DNA of 64,000 nucleotides from NCBI GenBank assembly GCA_947471565.1, contig CANIVT010000005.1, positions 9,014 to 73,013 on the forward strand, written 5' to 3'. Positions 55,835 through 64,000 of this stretch are shown here, piece by piece (the stretch's first letter is position 1; each line of letters begins with the position of its first letter). The notes beneath the pieces are model-generated. The model saw only the letters and a list, made by a program, of their open reading frames with translations. It was not told the DNA's origin and did not search any database. Position numbers and translations under genes: made by a program. The stretch comes from Spartobacteria bacterium. GTDB lineage: Bacteria; Verrucomicrobiota; Verrucomicrobiia; Chthoniobacterales; UBA6821.

Positions 55835-56720
55835 GATGGTCCCGATTGAGTCCATCTGATGATTGCTTTTGGCGAAACAGCGAGGCAACCGCCATCGGCA
55901 ACCATCCGCTTTTCCAGCTATGATCCATAGAACGGTCCCAGATCTCTACATGAGGGATTCCCTTCTGTGTCAGCAGGCTCATGAGTTGATCAACTCCGAC
56001 TCGCGGTCCGGGACCCCCGCCCAAAACAGTGATTCGGGCCGGAGCATTAGTCCATTTGTTTGCATGCCGGGCTATCAGATGAGCTGGATCATAATGATCG
56101 TAGTTTTCACGGGTACCGTAGCATTGTTTAAAACCCCATTGCTCCCACTGGATTGCATCTGGTTCTCCATACCAGTTTTCAAAGACAGCAACCCCGGCAA
56201 AATCATCCGGATGATTTATTGCAAGCGATAGCGCACCCAGGGCTGATTTACTGAATCCGATCAGATAGTTGGTGCCGTTTACGGGATAATGGCTCCCTAT
56301 GAACGGAAGGACGGCCTTAAGCAGATGATCGTTTTCCCTACAGAGCGGATTTGAAGGATTGTTCCCGTACCACGGCAGGATGGGAAAGGAGGGTGTGACA
56401 AAGATCGCCTGGTATCGCTCGGCCAGTCCCGCCTTGGCTATCTCGGTAAGGGGGTGACCCCACTCCCCCTTCGTGCCGGCATTCACAGGCAGGCAATAGA
56501 CCACGGGATAACTGCAACCAGGATCCATCCTTTTGGGAAGCAGCACCTCAACCGTATTTGTGCCTTCCTGATAGGGAGAAACTATCGACCAGCTTTCGGT
56601 TCCCGGAGTCGATGGGGAAGGATCCCTGATCACACTTATCCCGTTACCCTCATCGCCGGTCACCGACATGGTGAGTCCTAGCAAAAGAATGCAGAGACTC
56701 GGGGTAAGGATCTTTTGCAT
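55821..56720 (-). CDS. secreted esterase (putative esterase / alpha-beta hydrolase family)
   Basis: Signal peptide and a GFSKSALGA nucleophile-elbow-like motif. The layout is esterase-D-like. Confidence 0.68.
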   Translation of the reverse strand: MQKILTPSLCILLLGLTMSVTGDEGNGISVIRDPSPSTPGTESWSIVSPYQEGTNTVEVLLPKRMDPGCSYPVVYCLPVNAGTKGEWGHPLTEIAKAGLAERYQAIFVTPSFPILPWYGNNPSNPLCRENDHLLKAVLPFIGSHYPVNGTNYLIGFSKSALGALSLAINHPDDFAGVAVFENWYGEPDAIQWEQWGFKQCYGTRENYDHYDPAHLIARHANKWTNAPARITVLGGGPGPRVGVDQLMSLLTQKGIPHVEIWDRSMDHSWKSGWLPMAVASLFRQKQSSDGLNRDHQNKK

Positions 56721-56832
56721 GGACGGAATTTGATCATCCCTGATGAATCTGTGGGAGTTTTTAAAGTTGCCCGAAGAAACTGGTCATCAACACGTGTTCC
56801 CTACATCGTGATCGTTCCTAACGGCGCATTGC

Positions 56833-57582
56833 ATGACCACCCCAAGCATCTTTCCCCATGGCAGAAGGATTCTATTCATCGGTGATTCCATTACCGACGG
56901 TGATCGGAGCAGAACCGGTGATGTCAATCATGACTTGGGAGACACCTTCGTCCGGTTAATTGCAGCGCGCTACGGGGCTGATCATCCGGCAGACGGGATC
57001 GAGTTCATTAACCGAGGGATCAACGGACACCGGATCACCGATCTAGAGGAACGCTGGGAAAGTGATTGCCTCGCTCTCAAGCCCGATCTCCTGAGTATTC
57101 TGGTTGGAGTGAATGATGCCGCCAGTATTGTGGAATTGTCGGTGCCCGCTCCTCCGCGAACCGACGGACGCCCCCCGAAGAGCCTCGTGACCCGTGAAAT
57201 GTTCCGGGTCACATACGACAGATTGCTCACTCTGACGCGTAGAACACTACCGGCACTCAGGATCATCCTCTGTACACCTTTCATTCTTCCTGTGGACAAG
57301 ATCGGCAGGGACTGGGATCTCTGGAGGTGCGAGGTCTTCCTGAGAGCCACCATGATCCGTGAACTGGCCGAGAAACACGGAGCCGAATTGATCGAATTCC
57401 AGCCCCTCTTTGACCGGGCATCACTGCTCGCCACTCCATCCTTCTGGATACCCGACGGGGTACACCCCTCCGCAGCAGGTCACCAAATCATGGCGGACGA
57501 GTGGCTGCGGAAAGTGGTGTCAAAAGTCTCGGAAAATTGCTCCTCGGATCCGATCAGTCTAAACAACCTTCACCACGCTTAA
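56833..57582 (+). CDS. SGNH/GDSL hydrolase family protein
   Basis: Block I ILFIGDSITDG, block III GVND, and block V DGVHPS. Confidence 0.82.
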   Translation: MTTPSIFPHGRRILFIGDSITDGDRSRTGDVNHDLGDTFVRLIAARYGADHPADGIEFINRGINGHRITDLEERWESDCLALKPDLLSILVGVNDAASIVELSVPAPPRTDGRPPKSLVTREMFRVTYDRLLTLTRRTLPALRIILCTPFILPVDKIGRDWDLWRCEVFLRATMIRELAEKHGAELIEFQPLFDRASLLATPSFWIPDGVHPSAAGHQIMADEWLRKVVSKVSENCSSDPISLNNLHHA

Positions 57583-57584
57583 GA

Positions 57585-60125
57585 ATGAATCGGTTCTTAC
57601 TCTTCCTACTATTTCCGGCCCTTCCAGTACTGAAGGCTACAACTACCAATGTACCCCAGGTTGTCATTTCGGAGACTTCCATATCTGCAGTTCCGGAAGA
57701 GGCCTCGACAAGAACCGGCTCCGCAGGCGGACTCTCCGGGGGAGCACTTCTGGAAATAGGCGGGCTGAAGCCGGATGGCAAACCGGTTGCCGAGGCTCTG
57801 GTCCTCCCTCTCTTCGATGCTACTGGAATAAATGCAACATGGAAAAAAACCTCCCTGACTGAAGCTTGTGCTTGGTCCGCAACTGCACAGAACGGTGACG
57901 AGATCATTCTGGCCGGAGGATTGGTTGGTGATACACCCTCGGCCAGAGTGATCGCCTACCGGTGGCACGGGACAAACGTTGTCAACCGTGATCTGCCCAA
58001 TCTTCCATCTCCGCTGGCTGGTGCCGGAGCGGCGGTGTTGGGCGGCAGTCTTTACGTTGTCGGCGGCATTCATTCCATCGGTTCGGGAGAAGCCAGCAAG
58101 GATGTCCTGAAACTGGATCTCCTCTCCTCGAATCCGAAATGGGAGTCACTCCCCCCGATGCCCGGAAGCGGCAAGGTCCTTCCGATGGTAGTAGCCCAGT
58201 ACGACATCCTGGAGGTCATCGGAGGCAGATCTCCAGATGGGCAAGGCCGATTCGTTGCCAGCAAGGATGTTCTCATTTACAGACCCAAGCCTGCTGAGGG
58301 CACGACTTTCGTGGGGTGGAGCAGGGTAGCGGATTCTCCCGTTGCCATGGCCGCCGGAAAGGCCGCCCCCTCCGGACAGGCCCACACGATCATCTTCGGG
58401 GCCGATACCACGCCCGTGACGGAGAACCCCTTCTCTCTCAACGCAGCGAACGTCTCCCCGACCCTGCTGTTCCATGCCGTGACCGATGCCTGGGTGGAGG
58501 CGGGAGCCGCTCTCAGTTTTCCCAATCCATTGATGGCGAAAAACCCCTTGGCTAAAAATCCTGAAGGATCCCTTCTCCTCTTTGGTGCCAAGGGGATGAC
58601 TCACCCCCTGCAGGCTAGCACCCCGCGCACTACTCGGAATCTTAACTGGGCGGACTACTTGATGATCCTCTTCTACTTCTTCTTTATCGGGTACATCGGC
58701 TACCACTTCCGCCACCAGAAGTCAGCGGCTGAATACTCACTCGGCAACCGACAGACCCCGTGGTGGGCGGCCGGTATCAGCATGTTCGCGACGGCAGCCA
58801 GCGCGATCAGCTTCATGGCTGTTCCTGCTCTCGCCTTCGCTTCGAATCTCGTCTGGCTCTTTCCCCTGATCGTCTTCATCCCAGTCTATTTCTTCCAGTC
58901 GCGGATTACCTATCCAATCCTGCGCCGCCTTGAGATCACCTCGACCTTTGAGTATCTGGAGAGGCGTTTTGACACGTCGCTCCGGCTGATTGCAAGCTTC
59001 CTCCAGATCGTCTTCCAGACCTTCGGACGTTCGAGCATTGTCCTGGTACTCCCTTCCATCGCAATCTCCGCGACAACCGGTCTTGATGTCCGGTGGAGCG
59101 TCATCATCATGGGTGTCCTGACGACCATCTACACCGCGGCGGGCGGATTCGAAGCGGTCACGTGGACTTTGGTCTTCCAAGGCGTGCTCAAGGCTCTGGC
59201 ACCGATCGCCGTGATCTGGATCTGCATTGCGGGTTTACCCGGAGGATTGCGTGAGTTCTTCGCGACGAATGCCTCGCACCACAAATTCGATTTTGCGATC
59301 CTCGGCTGGGACGTCGCCTTCCCCCTTGTGTGGGTGATGCTGCTGAGGGTTTTCCTCGAGCAGACCATCTGGCAGGCTGGCGATCAGGCTGTGATCCAGC
59401 GTGTTTTCGCCTCCAAGGACGATGAGATCCGTAAGGTGACGGCGATGAACTTCTCCTGCGGCGCCTTCATCGGAATCCTCGTAACGGCAATGGGCTTGGC
59501 GATCTTCGCCTACTTTCACGCCCATCCTGAGAAGTTCGACGCAGCCTCCACAATCGACCAGATCGTCCCGCTTTTTGTGATACAGGGTATGCCCCACGGA
59601 GCCGTGGGCGTAGTGATCGCTGCGATCTTTGCCAGTGCCATGGCCACCGTAGCCGGCGCAATGAACAGTGTCGCCACCATCTTTACCGTAGACTTCTACG
59701 AACGCTGGTTCCCCAATGCTGAGGACAAGGCTAACCTCCGCATGATGCGTCTCAGCACGATTGGGACTGGAGTAGCCGCCACGGTGATCGCCCTCTGGCT
59801 CACCACGCTGAACCTAAAATCCATTATGGTTACCTGGAACATTGTTTCCTCGCTGCTGGGCGGAGGGATTGTCGGCATCTTTGCACTGGGAATGTTTAGT
59901 ACCAGGGCCAATGCGGGCGGTGCGGTCTGTGGGGCAATCCTGAGCATTGTACTTGGCCTCTATGTGAAGTTTTTCACGTCCATCCATTGGGCTTTCCTTC
60001 TCCCGATCCTGATCTTCTCCGCAATGATCATCGGATATATCTGCAGCTTCTTCTTCCGCTCAGCACCCAAGAACCTGACCGGTCTGACGATCTTCCATCA
60101 GGTCCGCAAAAGCCAAACTCTTTAA
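57585..60125 (+). CDS. fusion protein: N-terminal secreted Kelch/beta-propeller (NanM/YjhT-mutarotase-like) domain plus C-terminal sodium:solute symporter (SSS/SLC5)
   Basis: Signal peptide MNRFLLFLLFPALPVLKA, then Kelch-like repeats (GGSLYVVGG, ILEVIGG). From about aa 370 there is a 13-14-TM SSS body (WWAAGISMFATAASAISFMAVPALAF). The ATG at 57585 follows the SGNH stop. Confidence 0.8.
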   Translation: MNRFLLFLLFPALPVLKATTTNVPQVVISETSISAVPEEASTRTGSAGGLSGGALLEIGGLKPDGKPVAEALVLPLFDATGINATWKKTSLTEACAWSATAQNGDEIILAGGLVGDTPSARVIAYRWHGTNVVNRDLPNLPSPLAGAGAAVLGGSLYVVGGIHSIGSGEASKDVLKLDLLSSNPKWESLPPMPGSGKVLPMVVAQYDILEVIGGRSPDGQGRFVASKDVLIYRPKPAEGTTFVGWSRVADSPVAMAAGKAAPSGQAHTIIFGADTTPVTENPFSLNAANVSPTLLFHAVTDAWVEAGAALSFPNPLMAKNPLAKNPEGSLLLFGAKGMTHPLQASTPRTTRNLNWADYLMILFYFFFIGYIGYHFRHQKSAAEYSLGNRQTPWWAAGISMFATAASAISFMAVPALAFASNLVWLFPLIVFIPVYFFQSRITYPILRRLEITSTFEYLERRFDTSLRLIASFLQIVFQTFGRSSIVLVLPSIAISATTGLDVRWSVIIMGVLTTIYTAAGGFEAVTWTLVFQGVLKALAPIAVIWICIAGLPGGLREFFATNASHHKFDFAILGWDVAFPLVWVMLLRVFLEQTIWQAGDQAVIQRVFASKDDEIRKVTAMNFSCGAFIGILVTAMGLAIFAYFHAHPEKFDAASTIDQIVPLFVIQGMPHGAVGVVIAAIFASAMATVAGAMNSVATIFTVDFYERWFPNAEDKANLRMMRLSTIGTGVAATVIALWLTTLNLKSIMVTWNIVSSLLGGGIVGIFALGMFSTRANAGGAVCGAILSIVLGLYVKFFTSIHWAFLLPILIFSAMIIGYICSFFFRSAPKNLTGLTIFHQVRKSQTL

Positions 60126-60136
60126 TCAGCACATTG

Positions 60137-61951
60137 TTATTTGGGAAAAATGACTAGTAGTTCCCTCTCCTCGGGACGCAACTGGGTGGGGTCGATCCCG
60201 ATTTCCAGATTTTTGGCTTCTGCTTGCTGGCGATTGGCCTTCAGGACGGCGCAACGGATTGCCCGCCACGGCGCCGCAGCTCCGGTCCAGTCGATCTCCT
60301 TGTCCCGATAAATCTCCAGGGCACCGGCTGCATCTCCGGTCCTGAGACGTCCGAGTGCGGCCGTGCTCAGGCGGGTCAGGGCGTTAGGCTGAGCTAGGAA
60401 CAACTTCTCCGCCTTGTCTGCCGCCGATGCCACATCATCCTTTGCAAGGAGGCGGAGATAAGTCAGATCACAGGCGACATCCTGATTCTCAGGCAGGGCG
60501 ACCTCGAGTTCCTCATAGAAAGGAATCAGTTTTTTGGCCGAGGCGTCGCGGGGTTGGCAGCGGATCAGCCCCACCAACCCGTTCACCTTGGTCTCCTCCC
60601 TATCAGCCATTTCACGGTAGGTCCGGGCGGCACGTTCGTAGGCGCCGATCTGCTCCTCGTATCCCGCGATATAGGCCAGCGTCCCTGGTTTCTCGAGATG
60701 CAGCGAGGCCCCGACATTCCTCCACTCCTCCTCGGCCAAGGAGACCTCGCCGTTCATCATGGCAATCCTGGCGAGATAGAGATGCCTCACCGCATCCTGA
60801 ATGCCAGACCCTGCGGGGGTTGCGAGCATACGTGGGATGTCCTTCAAATCGCCCAGGGTGCTCTTGGCATCCAAAACAACAAGCAACCAGTCAGTGTCGT
60901 TGGCCGGCCGGTCGGTTCCCGCCATCGCGATCACTTCCTTCTGGCATCCCCTGCCGTTCAGCCAGCGGGCCAGATCGAGTTGAGCATCCCTGGGTGCCAA
61001 CCGACGTGCCTTGACCAGTCTGGCCACGACCGCTTCCTTCGTGGAGGGATCTGCCTTGATCGCAAGATCGGCGGCCATCAGCTCATCCGACGGTTTTCCT
61101 CCGGGCAACGATTTGAAGACCCCGGACAAGCTCATGGCCTCGGCGCCGGCATTCGGAATGGAGATCCCCTGCGGAGGGGCTAGCAGGAGCTGGGCCATGA
61201 TCCTCCAGGCAGCGATCGAAGCCGCATTCTTTTCAGAAATCACGCCGTGCAGCAGATCCAGGATGCGCGCGGTATCCGGAGCATCCCTCAACGAGAGAAG
61301 ATCAAGCGCAGCCTGGATCCGGAGATAACCGGCATCATCCCGTGAGGGGGCCTCGCCCGCACGGCGGATGCAAAAATCGGCCGCCTCCAGAAAACTGTGA
61401 TCCTTCGCTGTCAGGGAAGCCTCGAGCAACGAGCGTCTCAGAAATCCCTTCTTACCCGACTTAAGGGAAAGCAATCCCAGAGCCTCTCGCGCAGCATCTC
61501 GTTGGTCCTTCATCGCCGAGATCTCGGCGATCCCCAGCAACTCCTGATCATCGGACCCTCCCACCTTCATTCTGGCGATGAGCTTCTCAAGATAAGTTTC
61601 ATCACCGGCACGGGCATTGTAGAGCTCCACGGCATGTTGGATGTGCAGACTACCGGGTGCCAAGGCCAGTGCCTGCTTGAGGAGAGAGACACCCCTCTCG
61701 GAATCCCCGATTGCGAAGGCCTCGCCAGACTTCCCCATGAGAGAGGAGGCCCTCCACTCCTTGAGGCCACGATACAAGGGTACGAGACACAGGAGGACGA
61801 TCAGCGCCAGAGCCAGACGCAGCATTCTCTTTCTCTTGCGCGGATCCTTGAACCACGAATCCTGAACAGGCGGCCGCAGTGACTCCTCCGAATAATCGGG
61901 AAGCTCCTCGCCATTCTGATGGAACGGACTTTCCGGATTCCTTTGGGTCAT
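60137..61951 (-). CDS. single-pass membrane protein with a large TPR-like helical-repeat domain
   Basis: One TM helix (LALALIVLLCLVPLY), then an Ala/Leu-rich helical-repeat region. It lies immediately downstream of the exosortase gene on the same strand. Confidence 0.5.
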   Translation of the reverse strand: MTQRNPESPFHQNGEELPDYSEESLRPPVQDSWFKDPRKRKRMLRLALALIVLLCLVPLYRGLKEWRASSLMGKSGEAFAIGDSERGVSLLKQALALAPGSLHIQHAVELYNARAGDETYLEKLIARMKVGGSDDQELLGIAEISAMKDQRDAAREALGLLSLKSGKKGFLRRSLLEASLTAKDHSFLEAADFCIRRAGEAPSRDDAGYLRIQAALDLLSLRDAPDTARILDLLHGVISEKNAASIAAWRIMAQLLLAPPQGISIPNAGAEAMSLSGVFKSLPGGKPSDELMAADLAIKADPSTKEAVVARLVKARRLAPRDAQLDLARWLNGRGCQKEVIAMAGTDRPANDTDWLLVVLDAKSTLGDLKDIPRMLATPAGSGIQDAVRHLYLARIAMMNGEVSLAEEEWRNVGASLHLEKPGTLAYIAGYEEQIGAYERAARTYREMADREETKVNGLVGLIRCQPRDASAKKLIPFYEELEVALPENQDVACDLTYLRLLAKDDVASAADKAEKLFLAQPNALTRLSTAALGRLRTGDAAGALEIYRDKEIDWTGAAAPWRAIRCAVLKANRQQAEAKNLEIGIDPTQLRPEERELLVIFPK

Positions 61952-61973
61952 GAAATTGGGGATGAGTGATTGA

Positions 61974-63560
61974 TCAACGCTTCATCGGAGCCGCGATCAT
62001 CTCCACCGTCAATGCTCCTTGCAGGTAGCGATCGAGGGCTTCACCTGCGGATTGGGCATCGGGAAGATTCCAGAAGGCCACCTCAATCATCCTTTGGCCC
62101 CTGTTTCTTCTGCCCTCCAGAACGGAGCGCAGGCGCCCTCGCAGAGAATCGTTAAGCTGGCTTGTCATCCCGCTCCCAGTCCTACCCTCCTCGATCAGGG
62201 CCTGAAAAACATAAACGGGGACTCCCCTCTGCTCAAAAAACCAAGATCGGAACGGAATCGTGATTCCCTCCGAGGAATAATCACGGGATGGGAGGGGCCT
62301 GATCAGCTTCATCCCAAAATTTGAGAGACAGACTTCGGGACGGTGCATCGTGACGGCCTGCTGCGATGTCCTTCCCGCCGGCCAGCGAAAGTAGAACGCC
62401 TGGCCGCCCGCATTGTCGCCGATGAGCCATCTCTCGGAAAACCCCTCGGGATAAAAAAGCATCTTCAGTGTCTGCGGGGGGATCACCACACGGGATGCTC
62501 CCCGTTCTGTGCCGATAGGGTGCAGGAACCATTGACGCAGGCCGGATGTGGCCGATTCGTGCAGGCGATACCAGAGTTCCGAACCGAGCGAGGCCGTGAT
62601 CAGGAGAGAGAAAGCGACGAGGAAAATGGCTAAACATCCCCTCCCTGATTGAGCATCGGCAGCCATTCCGGCACGGGAGGCAGATGGAACGACCACACCC
62701 TTCCACCGATAGGCGAAGACCACCACAGTCCCAAAGGTCACCAGAAGGACTAGGATCCCGGCCGGATCATGCCAGGATGAAACGGCCGCGATTCCCTGAC
62801 GCGAGGCCACCACGGCAAGGAGTGAACTGCGGATGATATTTCCCACTAGCGCGGCCCCGATCGCGACCCCGATCAGCAGCACTCTCCTCCAGGCCGCAAG
62901 ACGCAGGATTTCCCCGAAAAAGAGCGAGACCATGATCCCGCTCTGGAGCGAACGAACACCGCTACATGCCTCCTCCACGCCCAGTACGCCCGAAGGGATC
63001 ACGATCAGGTTTCCCTGCCGCAGAGCCTCGTAGCCCAACCAATGAAGGATCTCCAAGGTGGCGGCGGCATTCCACGACATCAACCCGCCCATGACCGACT
63101 GCTCGAAATTCCTCGGCCAAGGGACCGCGATCAGGAAGAAGCATAAGGGAAAGCCAAAGTGTCGCAGCCAGGACCAGCCACCCACCAGATAGAGCGTGGT
63201 CAGACTGATTGTCACAGCCATCAGGCATGCGAGAAGCCCTATGGGGCGCCAATCGGGATTGGCTTCGGCCAGCGGGATCGTGAGCGCAAGGATCAGACTC
63301 GCCGCGATCAGCACAGCACCCCCCGCTCCCAAGGAAAACCCAAGGCAAGAATTCCGGGAAGGGCTGTCCGGCATCCGCTTGAAGAACAGCCCTATCATCA
63401 GCAGGGGAACCACCATGCCGTAGCCGTATTGGGGATCGATCCTCCAGTCCCCCCAGAGCATCCGAATCACGACAAACCAGCCCAGCCCGACCAAAGCTGC
63501 TGGCGCGCCCCAATCACGGATATTCCTGCCGACTACGGACATACCCCATTCTCGGGTCAA
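61974..63560 (-). CDS. exosortase fused to a C-terminal EpsI-family domain
   Basis: Polytopic N-terminal half with exosortase catalytic signatures (EEACSGVRSLQ, NIIRSSLL, SWHDPAG). The C-terminal domain carries the EpsI-like motif MHRPEVCLSNFGMKL. Confidence 0.85.
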   Translation of the reverse strand: MTREWGMSVVGRNIRDWGAPAALVGLGWFVVIRMLWGDWRIDPQYGYGMVVPLLMIGLFFKRMPDSPSRNSCLGFSLGAGGAVLIAASLILALTIPLAEANPDWRPIGLLACLMAVTISLTTLYLVGGWSWLRHFGFPLCFFLIAVPWPRNFEQSVMGGLMSWNAAATLEILHWLGYEALRQGNLIVIPSGVLGVEEACSGVRSLQSGIMVSLFFGEILRLAAWRRVLLIGVAIGAALVGNIIRSSLLAVVASRQGIAAVSSWHDPAGILVLLVTFGTVVVFAYRWKGVVVPSASRAGMAADAQSGRGCLAIFLVAFSLLITASLGSELWYRLHESATSGLRQWFLHPIGTERGASRVVIPPQTLKMLFYPEGFSERWLIGDNAGGQAFYFRWPAGRTSQQAVTMHRPEVCLSNFGMKLIRPLPSRDYSSEGITIPFRSWFFEQRGVPVYVFQALIEEGRTGSGMTSQLNDSLRGRLRSVLEGRRNRGQRMIEVAFWNLPDAQSAGEALDRYLQGALTVEMIAAPMKR

Positions 63561-63669
63561 TGGTGCGGGGAATCAAGGACTCCCCTACCCATGGGACAAG
63601 CCCATGGGGGCTTGTGAAGTATCAACTTCTCCACGCGTTCTTTCTCTCGTTCACGCCTCCCAGCTCCAC

Positions 63670-63695
63670 GTTGTAACCTTGTAACAGTTGCAACC
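63670..63695 (+). repeat. short-period repeat gttgtaac cttgtaac agttgcaac c
   Basis: Read directly. It is the same unit type as at 33620-33647. Confidence 0.7.
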
Positions 63696-63713
63696 ATTTG
63701 AACGCTCTACACT

Positions 63714-64000
63714 CTACCTTCCCTTCCCGAACGACATCACATGGAGAGTCTTTAGCAGCACCTCGGCATCCAGACGAAGGGAGAAATTCCGGATATAGAA
63801 GAGATCATAGGAAAGCTTCTGCATGGTGTCCTCCAGATTGGCACCGTAGGGGTAGTTCACCTGGGCCCATCCCGTGATTCCGGGACGAACGAGATGACGG
63901 AACTGATAATGGGCGATTTTTTGATCATATTCCTTCACGAGCTTGATCCACTCAGCCCTGGGGCCGATCATACTCATGTCTCCCCTCAGCACATTCCATA
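63714..64000 (-). CDS. polyprenyl glycosylphosphotransferase (bacterial sugar transferase), C-terminal part; 5' end lies outside the window
   Basis: LRGDMSMIGPRAE...RPGITGWAQVNY...KLSYDLFYIRNFSLRLD is the conserved WbaP/EpsB-type C-terminal domain. The ORF is open to the window edge. Confidence 0.88.
   Translation of the reverse strand, partial: WNVLRGDMSMIGPRAEWIKLVKEYDQKIAHYQFRHLVRPGITGWAQVNYPYGANLEDTMQKLSYDLFYIRNFSLRLDAEVLLKTLHVMSFGKGR

Noticed and set aside
57501-57584. Upstream start for the Kelch-SSS fusion, overlapping the SGNH gene
   Set aside because: The extension overlaps the 3' end of the SGNH hydrolase. A classic signal peptide starts at the ATG at 57585, immediately after the SGNH stop.
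1-64000. tRNA, rRNA, tmRNA and RNase P RNA genes
   Set aside because: No intergenic region exceeds about 275 bp. I saw no T-loop-type GGTTCGAATCC-like boxes outside coding sequence. The only ttcgaa strings are in pepF and in a promoter-like spacer.

Overview
This is a GC-rich, gene-dense bacterial chromosomal segment with about 50 protein-coding genes on both strands. Most are housekeeping genes: acnA, nadA, hemL, gpmA, pepF, bcp, nnr, ispH, accA, rsmI, uvrA, uvrB, holA, ileS-lspA, ribD, recD2, a sigma-70-family factor and comM. It also carries envelope genes (BamD-like, LptE-like, L,D-transpeptidase, LysM protein), an RND efflux pair, two futalosine-pathway menaquinone genes, and an exosortase/EpsI locus at the 3' edge. 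This gene content suggests a PVC-type (Verrucomicrobiota-like) Gram-negative organism, but that is inference only. I found no rRNA, tRNA, CRISPR array, integrase or transposase. The leads I rank highest, in order:
1. A GxxExxY (PD-(D/E)XK-like) gene bracketed by 31-bp terminal inverted repeats, inserted between the rlmD-like gene and ribD. A near-identical cargo-less copy of the repeat lies 15.6 kb away.
2. A family of 7-9 bp short-period pyrimidine-rich repeats (CTTCAGC / CTTTTAAC types). They fill many intergenic regions, often as imperfect palindromic arrays abutting start codons. One copy sits in frame inside the ribD deaminase domain.
3. A lower-GC carbohydrate module: esterase, SGNH hydrolase, and a Kelch-propeller::sodium-solute-symporter fusion.
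4. Two DUF5069-like paralogs, each ATGA-coupled to a different upstream gene.
5. A candidate small RNA (promoter plus strong intrinsic terminator) in the 55.7-kb intergenic region.
All functional calls come from reading the translations for family motifs. No database search was run.
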